64,000 bases of DNA from the NCBI GenBank assembly GCA_035519535.1, contig DATIWF010000029.1, forward strand, positions 21,611 through 85,610, in the 5' to 3' direction. The position numbers and the translations under genes were made by a program. This DNA comes from Vicinamibacterales bacterium (GTDB lineage Bacteria; Acidobacteriota; Vicinamibacteria; Vicinamibacterales; SCN-69-37). The notes under the pieces are model-generated. The model searched no databases. It saw only the letters and a list, made by a program, of their open reading frames with translations, and was not told where the DNA came from. Shown one piece after another: positions 18,601-27,734 of this stretch (position 1 is its first letter; each line of letters begins with the position of its first letter).

Positions 18601-18729
18601 GGTCAGATTGCCGAGCGGCGCGGGGAGGCGGACAAGGCGCGCGACTACTATCGACGCTTCCTCACCTACTGGGGCGACGGCGAGATCGATCGCGACAAGG
18701 TCGCGGAGGCGAGGAAGAAGATCAAGTAG
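15688..18729 (+). CDS. Ser/Thr protein kinase with TM segment, periplasmic domain and TPR tail (paralogue 2)
   Basis: Collinear with the 12602..15646 protein and has the same kinase motifs. The post-TM block KPSVAVLYFQNNTGSPQLDWLRTGLT is identical in both. Confidence 0.85.
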   Translation: MDSLIGRTLSHYEITAELGRGGMGVVYRAHDTKLDRDVALKVLPAELLPDEAHRRRFIREAQTASQLEHPHIGVIHEIDEVDGIAFIAMELIRGEKLSEVIARGGLSPARALDLATEVAEGLARAHDAGVVHRDLKPANVMVTGDGHAKIIDFGLAKLLRAVTADTDETAPATTPGTVMGTTAYMSPEQARGQRVDHRSDIFSFGAMLFEILGGRSPFRGQTTVDTLHAILNDPPPPLPPFKSAVPTDVAGELERIVDKCLAKDPDARYQGLRDLVVDLRAARRRLESGTGRVPAAVAPAPAATARASWRLIAGGLVLVVALVAVGVVMWPRLRGTPPPPPLTASGKPSVAVLYFQNNTGSPQLDWLRTGLTDMVVTDLSQSPDTNVLSTDRLYQILAYLKRQNDPVISFDTVREVARLAGVQHVLIGNYIKAGETIRINVTLQDVTSGRILTAEHLEAANESQLFPTVDSLTRRLQTHLASTVASGAPTDLLKAPGASGGNGTTGLYRTLEEVTTSSVDAYRVYAQGVSLLESGRPRQAEPLLLKAIEIDPDFALAMVRLAAVENNLRRLDKSADYAQQALAHADRLSLRDRYYIEGFRYSRDEETEERGAAAYEKLLALYPQHYAGTHNLADLYFNAGRFEDSARLGEQLRLNSVVLPISLSNLAASYAFLDDLPKAQAVLDDYLRRFPGSADAYRSLGELMITFVKPAEAAAAFDQADAIDGGDPTWLSDRWAVAVLQDRWADAEAATTAQIRAADPFTAFSSVQTHALRELYRGRSTAALTILGKAKSVAATAGPTFDALLKLTEARTLLALGEPQQALAFAELARKLPGQAFLTPIGLSRYYLAVALTRLGRDAEARGPIGEIKARADVGFSPVERRRVHQLAGVLALDRHDTATAIDELRQAEGLLPPRSNSGPPPTQPEVWFALGSAYLAAGNDDEAEKRFSRLVDGAERVAYPIEYVRSIYFLGQIAERRGEADKARDYYRRFLTYWGDGEIDRDKVAEARKKIK

Positions 18730-18799
18730 GGCAGAAGGCAGAAGGCAGAAGGCAGAAGGCAGAAGGCAGAAGGCAGAGGGCAGAGGGCAGAGGGCAGAA
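18730..18799 (+). repeat. Tandem heptamer array (GGCAGAR)x10
   Basis: Six GGCAGAA units, three GGCAGAG units and one GGCAGAA unit run from the base after the kinase TAG to 2 nt before the GTG at 18802. Confidence 0.95.
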
Positions 18800-18801
18800 C
18801 C

Positions 18802-20121
18802 GTGAAACACGCAGCCAAACTCATCGCGTTCGTCTGTGTTGTGTTGGCAGCGGCGAGCGCGTTGCTCGTCGCGCAGGGCCGCGGGCGCGGCGGCGGCGCC
18901 GCAGGGCCGCAGACCGCCTACGTCCTCAAGCCGGCGCGCGTGTTCGACGGCGACGCGCTCCACGACGGCTGGGTCGTCGTCGTGCAAGGCCAGCGCATCC
19001 AGGCCGCGGGTCCGGCGGCATCTGTCGCGCCGCCGGCAAACGCCGAAACGATCGACCTGCCGGGCACGACGCTCCTGCCCGGGCTGATCGAGGCGCACTC
19101 GCACGTCCTGCTCCATCCGTACAACGAGACGACGTGGAACGATCAGGTCGAGCACGAGCTGCTGGGGCTTCGCATCGCTCGCGCCACGGTCTCGCTCAAG
19201 GCCACGCTTGACGCCGGGTTCACGACGATTCGCGACCTCGGGACCGAGGGCGCGGGCTACGCGGATGTCGGACTGAAGGCGGCCGTGAATCAGGGCATCA
19301 TCCCCGGGCCGCGCATGCTCGTCGTCACGCGCGCGATCGTCGCCACCGGCGCCTATGGCCCGAAGGGCTTCCCGGCGGAATGGGACGTGCCGCAGGGCGG
19401 GGAAGAAGCCTCCGGCGTCGGCGAGCTGACGCGGGTCATCCGCGATCAGGCGAGCAAAGGCGCCGACTGGATCAAACTCTACGGCGACTATCGCGTCGGG
19501 CCGAGTGGCGGCGCCGTGCCGACGTTCACGCTCGACGAGATGAAGACGGCCGTCGAAGTCGCGCACAGCATCGGTCGGCCGGTGGCCGTGCACACGAGCA
19601 CGACCGAAGGGCTGCGCCGGGCGATCCTCGCCGGCGTCGACACGATCGAGCACGGCGACGGGGGCACGCCCGAGCTGTTCAAGATGATGGTCGACGCGCA
19701 CATCGCGCTCTGCCCGACGCTCGCCGCCACCGACGCGACCAGCCAGTACGCGGGCTGGAACAAGGCCGGCGGCGCTCCCGAGCCGCAAGCCGTGCAGCAC
19801 AAGCGCCAGATGTTCAAGATGGCGCTCGATGCCGGCGTGACGATCGCCAGCGGATCCGACGTGGGCGTCTTCACGCACGGCGACAACGCGCGCGAGATCG
19901 AGCTGATGGTGGCCTACGGCATGGCCCCGATCGACGCATTGAAATCCGCGACCTCGGTCGACGCGAAGGCGCTCCACATGGACACGCAGGTCGGGCGGGT
20001 CGCGCAGGGGCTGTTTGCGGACCTCGTCGCCGTCGACGGCGATCCCACCAAAGACATCTCGGTGCTGCACAAGGTGAAATTGGTGATGAAAGGTGGCACG
20101 GTCGTGAGGAAGACGAATTGA
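18802..20121 (+). CDS. Metal-dependent amidohydrolase-family protein (secreted), paralogue 1
   Basis: Signal-like N-terminus (KLIAFVCVVLAAASALLVAQG). LPGLIEAHSHV is an H-x-H metal motif. The fold is collinear with the 32082..33449 protein. Confidence 0.75.
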   Translation: MKHAAKLIAFVCVVLAAASALLVAQGRGRGGGAAGPQTAYVLKPARVFDGDALHDGWVVVVQGQRIQAAGPAASVAPPANAETIDLPGTTLLPGLIEAHSHVLLHPYNETTWNDQVEHELLGLRIARATVSLKATLDAGFTTIRDLGTEGAGYADVGLKAAVNQGIIPGPRMLVVTRAIVATGAYGPKGFPAEWDVPQGGEEASGVGELTRVIRDQASKGADWIKLYGDYRVGPSGGAVPTFTLDEMKTAVEVAHSIGRPVAVHTSTTEGLRRAILAGVDTIEHGDGGTPELFKMMVDAHIALCPTLAATDATSQYAGWNKAGGAPEPQAVQHKRQMFKMALDAGVTIASGSDVGVFTHGDNAREIELMVAYGMAPIDALKSATSVDAKALHMDTQVGRVAQGLFADLVAVDGDPTKDISVLHKVKLVMKGGTVVRKTN

Positions 20122-20123
20122 GG

Positions 20124-21191
20124 ATGTCAGGACCGTGTCACTGCGGAATGGCCGTCGTCGCCGGCGTTCTGCTCGCCGCGCCGCAGTGGACGCCGCAGAC
20201 GTCCGGCGTGACCGCGAGTCTCCGCGGCGTCAGCGCCGTGAACGACCGCGTCGTCTGGGCCAGCGGGTCCGGCGCGACGGTGCTGCGGACGACCGATGGC
20301 GGCGCGACCTGGACGAAGCTGCCGGTCACGACCGACCGCGTCGACTTTCGCGACATCGACGCGATCGACGAGCGCACGGCGTACGTGCTCAGCATCGGCG
20401 CCGGCCCGACGTCGCGCATCTACAAGACCACGGACGCCGGCGAGCACTGGGAGCTGCAGCTCGCGAATCAGGATCCGAAAGTGTTTCTCGACGCGATGTC
20501 CTTCTGGGACGCGACGCACGGCATCGCGGTCAGCGACACGATCGACGGCCACTTCGTGATCTTCATGACCGACGACGGCCGAACCTGGACGCGTCTTCCG
20601 GCCGATCGCTTGCCGCCGGCGCAGCCGGATGAGGGCTTCTTCGCGGCGAGCGGCACCAACGTCGCGGTGAAGGGCCAGGACCACGTGTGGATCGGCACCG
20701 GTGCAGCCGCGCGGGCGCGAGTGCTGCGATCGCTCGACCACGGGCGGACCTGGGCCGTGGCGGAGACGCCGCTGCTCTCCGGCCAGAAGTCGGGCATCTA
20801 CTCCATCGACTTTCGCGACGATCTCCACGGCGTCATCGTCGGCGGCACGTACGACAGGGAATCAGAAGCGCTCGACAATCTCGCCGTGACGTCGGACGGC
20901 GGCGCGACGTGGACGCTCGTCAGGGAGCACGGTCTCTCCGGCTTTCGGTCGGTCGTCACCTACCTGAAAGGCACGCTGGGTGTCGGCCCGTCGTGGCTCG
21001 CGGTCGGCCCGTCTGGCGCCGACTTCTCGACGGACGACGGCCGGACGTGGACGCCCGTGCCGGGCCCGGGCTTCCACACGTTCAGCCTCGCGCCGCGCTC
21101 GCTGGTCGGCTGGGGCGCGGGATCGCAGGGCCGGATCGCGAAGCTCGACGGCCTCAGCCCTTCTCGAACAGCGCCTCGGTTTCCTTATTGA
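20124..21191 (+). CDS. BNR-repeat / Ycf48-like beta-propeller protein
   Basis: Part of ORF 19380..21191. The ATG at 20124 follows GAGGA. Asp-box-like repeats are present (TTDGGATW, TTDAGEHW, TDDGRTW, SLDHGRTW, TSDGGATW, STDDGRTW). Confidence 0.7.
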   Translation: MSGPCHCGMAVVAGVLLAAPQWTPQTSGVTASLRGVSAVNDRVVWASGSGATVLRTTDGGATWTKLPVTTDRVDFRDIDAIDERTAYVLSIGAGPTSRIYKTTDAGEHWELQLANQDPKVFLDAMSFWDATHGIAVSDTIDGHFVIFMTDDGRTWTRLPADRLPPAQPDEGFFAASGTNVAVKGQDHVWIGTGAAARARVLRSLDHGRTWAVAETPLLSGQKSGIYSIDFRDDLHGVIVGGTYDRESEALDNLAVTSDGGATWTLVREHGLSGFRSVVTYLKGTLGVGPSWLAVGPSGADFSTDDGRTWTPVPGPGFHTFSLAPRSLVGWGAGSQGRIAKLDGLSPSRTAPRFPY

Positions 21192-21531
21192 AGAGAATCA
21201 CGAGCGCGTAGATTCCGAAGATCGTCCCGATCGGGATGCGAATCAGGCTGATGGCGGCGAGGATGATGCCGAGGACTCGCGACCAGCGTCGAAGCGTCAG
21301 CATGCCCCAGCCGCAGATGATGTGAGGGACGGCCAGCACGATCAGGAAGATCGTGAGCGTCAGGCCGGTGAAGCCGAGGACGGCGACGCCGAGTGGAGCG
21401 CCCTCCTCGTGCGAGGCGCCGACAATCGTCGCGAGCACGCCGAACACGAAGGACGAGAAGAACGCGGCGAGCAGTAACAGCGCGCCGAACACGATGAAGA
21501 GGACCGCGATGACTTTGACGTGTGTGGCCAC
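21154..21531 (-). CDS. Small integral membrane protein (hypothetical)
   Basis: 125 aa with about four hydrophobic helices. No motif recognised. Confidence 0.5.
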   Translation of the reverse strand: MATHVKVIAVLFIVFGALLLLAAFFSSFVFGVLATIVGASHEEGAPLGVAVLGFTGLTLTIFLIVLAVPHIICGWGMLTLRRWSRVLGIILAAISLIRIPIGTIFGIYALVILFNKETEALFEKG

Positions 21532-21546
21532 CGGCCGCCTCGCGCC

Positions 21547-22161
21547 CTACTCGTCCTTCTTGTCTTCGGGTGCGCGCGACGCCGGGTCGTCGAAGTCCGT
21601 CATCGGCTCGCTGACGTCGTTCGGATCGTCGTAGAGCCCGTCCATCCGGCCCGAGAAACGTTCCTTGATCGGACCCTTCGGTCCGCGTTCCTTGTTCTCC
21701 CAGCGCTTCTCGCTTTGCGCGCTCTTCTTCTTCGGCGGACCGAAGCGTCCCGGCGGTCCGAGATCGCCGCGCGGGGGGCCACCTGGCCGGAAGCCCCCGG
21801 GTCCCCCCATCGGCCGCGGCCCGCCAAAGCCGCCCCCGCCGGGGGGGCCGAACCCGCCGCCCGGACGGAACCCGCCGCCCCCGCTTGGCCGGAAGCCCCC
21901 GGCGGGCCGTTCCTCACGGGGACGGGCCTCGCTCACTGAGAGCGATCGGCCCATGAACGGCTGCTGGTTGAACCGGGTGATGGCCTCTTCCGCCATGGCT
22001 CGATCGGTGTATTCGACGAAGGCGAAGCCGCGCGGCCGTCCGGTGTCGCGGTCGACGGGAATGACGATCTGGGACGGGGCGCCGACTCCGGCGAAATGCG
22101 CACGCAAATCCGCTTCGGTGGCCCCGTAGGGCATGTTGCCGACGAACAAACGCACAGCCAC
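21547..22161 (-). CDS. RRM-type RNA-binding protein with a Gly/Arg-rich tail
   Basis: RNP2 motif LFVGNM and RNP1 motif RGFAFVEY, followed by GGFRPGGGFGPPGGGGFGG low-complexity sequence. Confidence 0.85.
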   Translation of the reverse strand: MAVRLFVGNMPYGATEADLRAHFAGVGAPSQIVIPVDRDTGRPRGFAFVEYTDRAMAEEAITRFNQQPFMGRSLSVSEARPREERPAGGFRPSGGGGFRPGGGFGPPGGGGFGGPRPMGGPGGFRPGGPPRGDLGPPGRFGPPKKKSAQSEKRWENKERGPKGPIKERFSGRMDGLYDDPNDVSEPMTDFDDPASRAPEDKKDE

Positions 22162-22411
22162 TGACTATCCTCGCGTAGTTGACTGGGGGGACTCAGGTCG
22201 ACGGAAGGTCTGAAAGCTCACGCTGCACCACGAAGAGTGCCACACGATTCATTGAATGAGGGCAGGGGATGAATGCGTCGCTAACGGTGCGCTTCGACCG
22301 TCGGGCAGGATAGCACGGTCGCCCCGTGAAGGCAAAGGGGCCCGGCGGGCGGCGCCGCCCGTAGTAACATGGTTGGCTTGGCCAGCGGGCCGAGGAGCTC
22401 GCTGTCGAGTG

Positions 22412-25366
22412 ATGTCCGAATCCACGTCGGTTCCCGTTGTGCCGTCGGGCGCCACCCTGGTGGTCCGCGGCGCGCGCACGCACAACCTGAAGGGCGTCGA
22501 CCTGACGCTCCCGCACCGGCAGCTCATCGTCTTCACGGGCGTGAGCGGGTCGGGCAAGTCGTCGCTGGCCTTCGACACGATCTACGCCGAGGGGCAGCGC
22601 CGCTACGTCGAGTCGCTGTCCGCCTACGCGCGGCAGTTCCTGGAGCGGATGGAGAAGCCGGACGTGGACGGGATCGACGGCATCGCGCCGGCGATTGCGA
22701 TCCGCCAGAAGAACAGTGTCCGCAACCCACGCTCGACGGTGGGCACGACGACAGAAATCCACGATTATCTGCGGCTGTTGTGGGCGCGGGTGGGCCGGAC
22801 GATCTGCCGGCAATGCGGGAAGCCGGTCGAGCGCGAGTCACCCGACCTGGTCGCGACCGAACTGCTCAAGCTGCCCGCGGGCGCCAGGCTGCTCGTGGGC
22901 TTCGACCATCCCCTGGTGACGGCGCCGGGGATCTTCGCGCCGGCCGACATCGACGGGGACGGGGAGGCCGAGGACACGGCCGGCGACGACCTGCCGTTCG
23001 ACGCGGGCACGGGACGGAACGGCGCGAACGGCGGGCCAGCCCAGGAGGATCCGCTGACGTCGGCGCTCGGCACGCTCCGCAAGCGTGGTTTTGGCCGGCT
23101 GCTCGTCGACGGGCGCGTCGTGGCGATTGAGGAGGCGGCAGGCAAGCCCAACGGGCTGCGAGGCGCCGCCTCGCTCGCGGTGATTGTGGATCGCTTGAAG
23201 GTCGCGCCCGACGTGCGGTCGCGGCTGACGGACTCGATCGAGACGGCGTTCCGCGACGGCGACGGCGCGGCATTTGCGGTGGAAGTGGACGAGGCCGGGG
23301 CGCCGACCGCAACGCACCGCTTCAGCGAGCGGTTCGAATGCCGCACGTGCGGGATTGCCTACGAGGTGCCGCAGCCGCGCCTGTTTTCGTTCAACAATCC
23401 ATTCGGCGCGTGCCCGACCTGCCACGGTTTCGGCAACATCATCGAGCTGGACCTCGCGCTGGTCGTGCCCGATCCGACGCGATCGATCAACGGCGGCGCG
23501 ATCGAGCCGTGGACGAAACCGCACTACCGCAGCTGCCTGGTCCAGCTCAAGCGGGCCGCGAAGGCCGCGAACCTGCGGCTCGACGCGCCGTGGCGCGACC
23601 TGACCGATGCCGAGCGTCAGTTCGTGATCGAAGGCGACGGCGAGTACGAAGGCGTCAAGGGTTTCTTCCGACGGCTCGAGCGCAAGAAGTACAAGGTGCA
23701 CGTCCGGGTGTTCCTCAGCCGGTATCGCGGCTACCTCGTCTGCCACGACTGCGGCGGCACGCGGCTGCGGCGGGAGGCGCGCGACGTGCGCGTGGGCGAT
23801 CGAACCATCGACGCCGCCTGCGCGCTCACCGTGAAGGACGCCGCCGCGTTCTTCGACGGCCTGCGCCTGTCCGAGAAGGAGGCGGTCGTGGCCGGCACGG
23901 TCCTGCGCGAGATCCGGCGGCGGCTCGGCTTCCTCACCGATGTCGGCCTCGACTACCTGACGCTCGATCGGCTGTCGTCGACGCTCTCCGGCGGCGAATC
24001 GCAGCGCATCAACCTGGCGACGTCGCTGGGGTCGGCGCTCGTCGACACGCTCTACGTCCTCGACGAACCGTCGATCGGCCTGCACCCGCGCGACAACGAG
24101 CGCCTGATCACGATCCTCAAGCAGCTCCGCGACCAGGGCAACACCGTGCTCGTCGTCGAACACGACGCGGACATGATCCGCGTCGCGGACCAGATTGTCG
24201 ATCTGGGCCTGGGCGCCGGCGAGCAGGGCGGGCGCGTGATCTACTCCGGCCCGGTGAGCGGCCTGCTGCAGGACGGCCGGTCGCTGACGGCGAAGTACAT
24301 GCGCGACGAGCTCGCGATTCCGGTGCCGGCGACGCGCCGGCGGCCGGGCGTGCAGCACCTGAAGGTGTACGGGGCGAGCGAGCACAACCTCAAGGACATC
24401 GACGTCGACATTCCGCTGGGCCTGCTCACCGGCGTCACCGGCGTGAGCGGCTCGGGCAAGTCGACGCTCGTGCACGACGTGATCTATGCGGCGATCAAGC
24501 GCGCGAAGGGCGACTGGGACCGGCGCGTCGGCTCGCACCGCAGGCTCGAGGGCGCGGAGTTCATCAGCGACGCCGTGCTCGTCGATCAGCAGCCGATCGG
24601 CCGCACGCCGCGCTCGAATCCCGTGACGTACCTCAAGGCCTTCGATCCGATCCGCGAGCTCTTCGCGTCGACGAAGGACGCGCGCGCGAAGGGCCTCACG
24701 GCGAGCCACTTCTCGTTCAACGTCCCCGGCGGCCGCTGCGAGGCATGCGAAGGCGAGGGGGTCGTCCGCGTCGAGATGCAGTTCCTGGCGGACGTCTTCG
24801 TGCCGTGCGACCAGTGCGACGGCAAGCGCTTCCGCCCGCAGGTGCTCGAGGTCCGCTACAAGGGCCGCAACATCGACCAGGTGCTCGACCTGACCGTGCG
24901 CGAGGCGCTCACGTTCTTCGGCGGATCGCCGAAGGTCGTGCGGCGCCTGCAGGTCCTCGACGAGATCGGCCTCGGCTACCTCCGGCTCGGCCAGCCGGCG
25001 ACGACGCTCTCGGGCGGCGAGGCGCAGCGAATCAAGATCGCGTCGCATCTGGGCGCGCAGGGCGGCGAGCGCATGCTCTACGTGCTCGACGAGCCCACGA
25101 CCGGCCTCCACTTCGACGACATCGTGAAACTCGTCGCGGCGCTCAAGAAGCTCCTGCACGCGGGGCACAGCCTGGTGGTGATCGAGCACAATCTCGACGT
25201 GCTCAAGACCGCGGACTGGATCATCGACCTCGGGCCCGAGGGCGGCGAGGCCGGCGGCCACGTGGTGGCGACCGGGACGCCCGAGCAGATCGCGAAGACG
25301 GCCGCGTCCTACACGGGCCAGCACCTGCAGCGCGTGCTCGCCGCGGCGCGGGCCCACGGTCAGTAG
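22412..25366 (+). CDS. uvrA: Excinuclease ABC subunit A
   Basis: Part of ORF 22256..25366. [23 protein letters not shown] plus a second Walker A ([10 protein letters not shown]). LSGGE signatures and zinc-finger Cys pairs are present. Confidence 0.95.
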   Translation: MSESTSVPVVPSGATLVVRGARTHNLKGVDLTLPHRQLIVFTGVSGSGKSSLAFDTIYAEGQRRYVESLSAYARQFLERMEKPDVDGIDGIAPAIAIRQKNSVRNPRSTVGTTTEIHDYLRLLWARVGRTICRQCGKPVERESPDLVATELLKLPAGARLLVGFDHPLVTAPGIFAPADIDGDGEAEDTAGDDLPFDAGTGRNGANGGPAQEDPLTSALGTLRKRGFGRLLVDGRVVAIEEAAGKPNGLRGAASLAVIVDRLKVAPDVRSRLTDSIETAFRDGDGAAFAVEVDEAGAPTATHRFSERFECRTCGIAYEVPQPRLFSFNNPFGACPTCHGFGNIIELDLALVVPDPTRSINGGAIEPWTKPHYRSCLVQLKRAAKAANLRLDAPWRDLTDAERQFVIEGDGEYEGVKGFFRRLERKKYKVHVRVFLSRYRGYLVCHDCGGTRLRREARDVRVGDRTIDAACALTVKDAAAFFDGLRLSEKEAVVAGTVLREIRRRLGFLTDVGLDYLTLDRLSSTLSGGESQRINLATSLGSALVDTLYVLDEPSIGLHPRDNERLITILKQLRDQGNTVLVVEHDADMIRVADQIVDLGLGAGEQGGRVIYSGPVSGLLQDGRSLTAKYMRDELAIPVPATRRRPGVQHLKVYGASEHNLKDIDVDIPLGLLTGVTGVSGSGKSTLVHDVIYAAIKRAKGDWDRRVGSHRRLEGAEFISDAVLVDQQPIGRTPRSNPVTYLKAFDPIRELFASTKDARAKGLTASHFSFNVPGGRCEACEGEGVVRVEMQFLADVFVPCDQCDGKRFRPQVLEVRYKGRNIDQVLDLTVREALTFFGGSPKVVRRLQVLDEIGLGYLRLGQPATTLSGGEAQRIKIASHLGAQGGERMLYVLDEPTTGLHFDDIVKLVAALKKLLHAGHSLVVIEHNLDVLKTADWIIDLGPEGGEAGGHVVATGTPEQIAKTAASYTGQHLQRVLAAARAHGQ

Positions 25367-25372
25367 CCCGGC

Positions 25373-26014
25373 ATGGTCCTGCCGCGCGCGTTCTACGACC
25401 GGCCCACACTCGACGTCCTCGAGGATCTGATTGGGAAGATCCTCGTGCACGAACGCCGGGGCTCGCGCGTGTCGGGCGTGATCGTCGAAGCCGAGGCGTA
25501 TGTCGGCGAGGACGACCCGGCCTGCCACGCCGCGCCGGGTCCAACCAGGCGGAACGCGCCCCTGTACGGTCCGCCCGGGCACGCCTACGTGTACTTCAAC
25601 TACGGCATGCACTATCTGGTGAACGCCGTGACCGAGGCGGAAGGGTCGCCCGCAGCCGTGCTCATCCGCGCGCTCGAGCCGCGCGAGGGCGCGGGTCTGA
25701 TGCGGCGCCGCCGCGCCCGGACGAGCGGACGGCCGGCGTCGTCAATTGCCGCGACGGACTTGTGCCGCGGGCCGGGCAACCTCACGGCCGCGCTCGGCAT
25801 CACCCTGGCGCAGAATCGGCTCGATCTCACGTCGGGATCCCTAACGATTCAGGACGAGGGCGTGACGCCGGGCCCGCTGGCCTGGTCGCCGCGCGTCGGG
25901 ATTCGCGTGGGGGTTTCGCGCAAGTGGCGCTGCTACTGGGCGGGTCACCCGAGCGTGTCGGGGGCTTCGCGCACAAACCTCGGATCAAGCGAGACGTTCA
26001 GAGCCAGAAGTTAG
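25373..26014 (+). CDS. DNA-3-methyladenine glycosylase (Mpg/AAG family)
   Basis: The FYDRPTLDVLEDLIGK...VEAEAYVGEDDPACHA...YFNYGMHYLVN pattern is typical of the family. The start lies 6 nt after the uvrA stop. Confidence 0.8.
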   Translation: MVLPRAFYDRPTLDVLEDLIGKILVHERRGSRVSGVIVEAEAYVGEDDPACHAAPGPTRRNAPLYGPPGHAYVYFNYGMHYLVNAVTEAEGSPAAVLIRALEPREGAGLMRRRRARTSGRPASSIAATDLCRGPGNLTAALGITLAQNRLDLTSGSLTIQDEGVTPGPLAWSPRVGIRVGVSRKWRCYWAGHPSVSGASRTNLGSSETFRARS

Positions 26015-26024
26015 AAGTTCGGAG
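25997..26024 (+). repeat. Degenerate AGAAG-core heptamers (TTCAGAG CCAGAAG TTAGAAG TTCGGAG) over the mpg stop codon
   Basis: 7-nt periodicity is visible. The 13-mer GCCAGAAGTTAGA (26003-26015) is the exact reverse complement of 49383-49395. Confidence 0.7.
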
Positions 26025-26043
26025 CGTCCGGCATCCGGTTTTG

Positions 26044-27180
26044 TTACCGTCTGGCTGCCGCCGTCATCTTCTCGACCGGCACGTTGAACGTCAGCCGGCG
26101 GGCGCCCCGAATCACGTCGACCTTGATCGTGGACCCGACCTTCGCATCCAGAATGATGCGCTGGACCTGCTGCGCGTCGCTGACGTCCTGGTCGTTCACC
26201 CGGGTGATGATGTCGTCGAGCTGCAGTCCGGCGCGGTACGCGGAGGAGTTCTGGTACATGTTCCAGATGACGACGCCCTTGAGGCGGCCGTAGCCGGCGC
26301 GCTCGGCCCGATCGGGGTCGACATTGCGAAGCGTCACGAGGCCGATGGTGCCGCGCATGACCTCGCCGTGCTGAATCAGCTCCTCCATCAGCGGCCGCGC
26401 GAGGTTGGCGGGAATCGCGAAGCCGAGGCCCTGGTAGCCGCCGGTCTCGCTGTAGATCATCGTGTTGATGCCGACGAGCTCGCCGCGCGCGTTGATGAGC
26501 GCGCCGCCCGAGTTGCCGGGATTGATCGCCGCGTCCGTCTGAATCATGTCGGTGTAACTGGCCAGCTGCGGATCGTGGCGGTTGACGGCCGAGACAATGC
26601 CCAGCGTGACCGTCTGGCTGAAGGCGAACGGATTGCCGATCGCCAGCACCCACTCGGCCACGCGCAGCTTCGAGGAATCGCCCCAGGGGATCGTGGCCAG
26701 ATTCTGCGCGTCCACCTTCACGACCGCCAGATCCGACGTCGCGTCGATCCCGACGAGCGTGGCCGGCAGCTCCCGGTTGTCCGGCAGCGTCACCTTGATC
26801 GACGCGCGCGCGTTGCCGATGACGTGGCTGTTCGTGAGGACGTAGCCGTCCGTCGAGACGATGACGCCGGAGCCGAGGCTCGTCTCCTGCCGCACGGCGT
26901 CCCGGCCGTAGAACATCTGAAAGAACGGATCGGCGACGGTCTGGGTCGAGGTCGACGAGATGTTGACCGACGCCTTGACCGCGCGCTCGGCGACGTCGGA
27001 CAAATCGGGCAGCGTGCCGGCGGCCGGAAGGCTGGCGGGTCGCGCCTGCGGCGTCGGCGCCGCGGCGGGCGCGGCCACGATGGTCGAGGTCGCTGGCGAT
27101 GGGAGGCGGCCGGCGACGATCGAGCCGACGAGAAAGCCAGCGAGAGCGAGCAGCACGCCTGCGAAGAAGTAGCGCTTCAT
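26044..27180 (-). CDS. HtrA/DegP-family serine protease with a PDZ domain
   Basis: Signal/TM N-terminus. TNSHV (His) and GNSGGALIN (Ser) motifs. C-terminal PDZ-like region. Confidence 0.85.
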   Translation of the reverse strand: MKRYFFAGVLLALAGFLVGSIVAGRLPSPATSTIVAAPAAAPTPQARPASLPAAGTLPDLSDVAERAVKASVNISSTSTQTVADPFFQMFYGRDAVRQETSLGSGVIVSTDGYVLTNSHVIGNARASIKVTLPDNRELPATLVGIDATSDLAVVKVDAQNLATIPWGDSSKLRVAEWVLAIGNPFAFSQTVTLGIVSAVNRHDPQLASYTDMIQTDAAINPGNSGGALINARGELVGINTMIYSETGGYQGLGFAIPANLARPLMEELIQHGEVMRGTIGLVTLRNVDPDRAERAGYGRLKGVVIWNMYQNSSAYRAGLQLDDIITRVNDQDVSDAQQVQRIILDAKVGSTIKVDVIRGARRLTFNVPVEKMTAAARR

Positions 27181-27202
27181 GATTGGTTGGACGACGACCG
27201 CG

Positions 27203-27598
27203 TCAAGTGACGGGAACCCGCCGGCCGTCCGGTCCAGCGATCTTGGGCACGATCACCGTGAGCACACCGTCCACGAGATCGGCAGTGATGGCGTCCCCTT
27301 GCACGGGCTGCGTGAACCGGAAGGACCGTGAGAATTGGCCTTGGCCGCGCTCGAGCTGCTGATACCGCTCGGGACAGCACCCGAGGCCCGGGCGCTGCCC
27401 GCGGATCGTCAGCGCGCCATCGTCGAAGTCGAGATGGACCTCGTCGCGGCTGAGTCCGGGCAACTCAACGGTCACCACGTAGCGGTCCGTCCACTCGGCC
27501 AGGTCGACCGGCGGGACCCACCCGGGTGTCGCGCGTCCGAAGAGACTCTCGAGTCGCTCCTGCATGGTCAGCAGGTCGCGCATCGGATCCCAGGGCAT
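27203..27598 (-). CDS. Hsp20/alpha-crystallin small heat-shock protein
   Basis: Internal ATG of ORF 27203..27700. It contains an alpha-crystallin core (VVTVELPGLSRDEVHLDFDDGALTIRG...GVLTVIVPK). It lies 22 nt upstream of htrA on the same strand. Confidence 0.85.
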   Translation of the reverse strand: MPWDPMRDLLTMQERLESLFGRATPGWVPPVDLAEWTDRYVVTVELPGLSRDEVHLDFDDGALTIRGQRPGLGCCPERYQQLERGQGQFSRSFRFTQPVQGDAITADLVDGVLTVIVPKIAGPDGRRVPVT

Positions 27599-27734
27599 AC
27601 CTTCCGATAGTAGCGCACTCCCCGGGGGGCTGGCTCCCGGGCGCGGCCGGTGCAACCGGGGTCGGGAGAGGTCGACCCGGCTCGCAAGCGGTGCTAACAT
27701 AAAGAGTTCTTGTTCGTGTGAGAGCCCTGGCCTT

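Noticed and set aside
22162-22411. The 250-nt region between the RRM-protein gene and uvrA as an ncRNA or riboswitch.
   Set aside because: It contains only a short GC palindrome (GGGCGGCGCCGCCC) and no recognisable riboswitch or sRNA signature. It is more likely two divergent promoters and a long 5' UTR.
23338-27210. A 1290-aa plus-strand ORF spanning uvrA, mpg and the antisense strand of htrA.
   Set aside because: It crosses several independently well-supported genes in other frames or on the other strand, and its translation is Arg-rich with no motifs. It is a GC artefact.
27599-27734. CIRCE-like half sites (TAGCGCACTC near 27608 and GGTGCTAA near 27688) upstream of hsp20.
   Set aside because: The two halves are about 75 nt apart rather than 9 nt, and each deviates from TTAGCACTC/GAGTGCTAA. 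This is not a credible HrcA operator.
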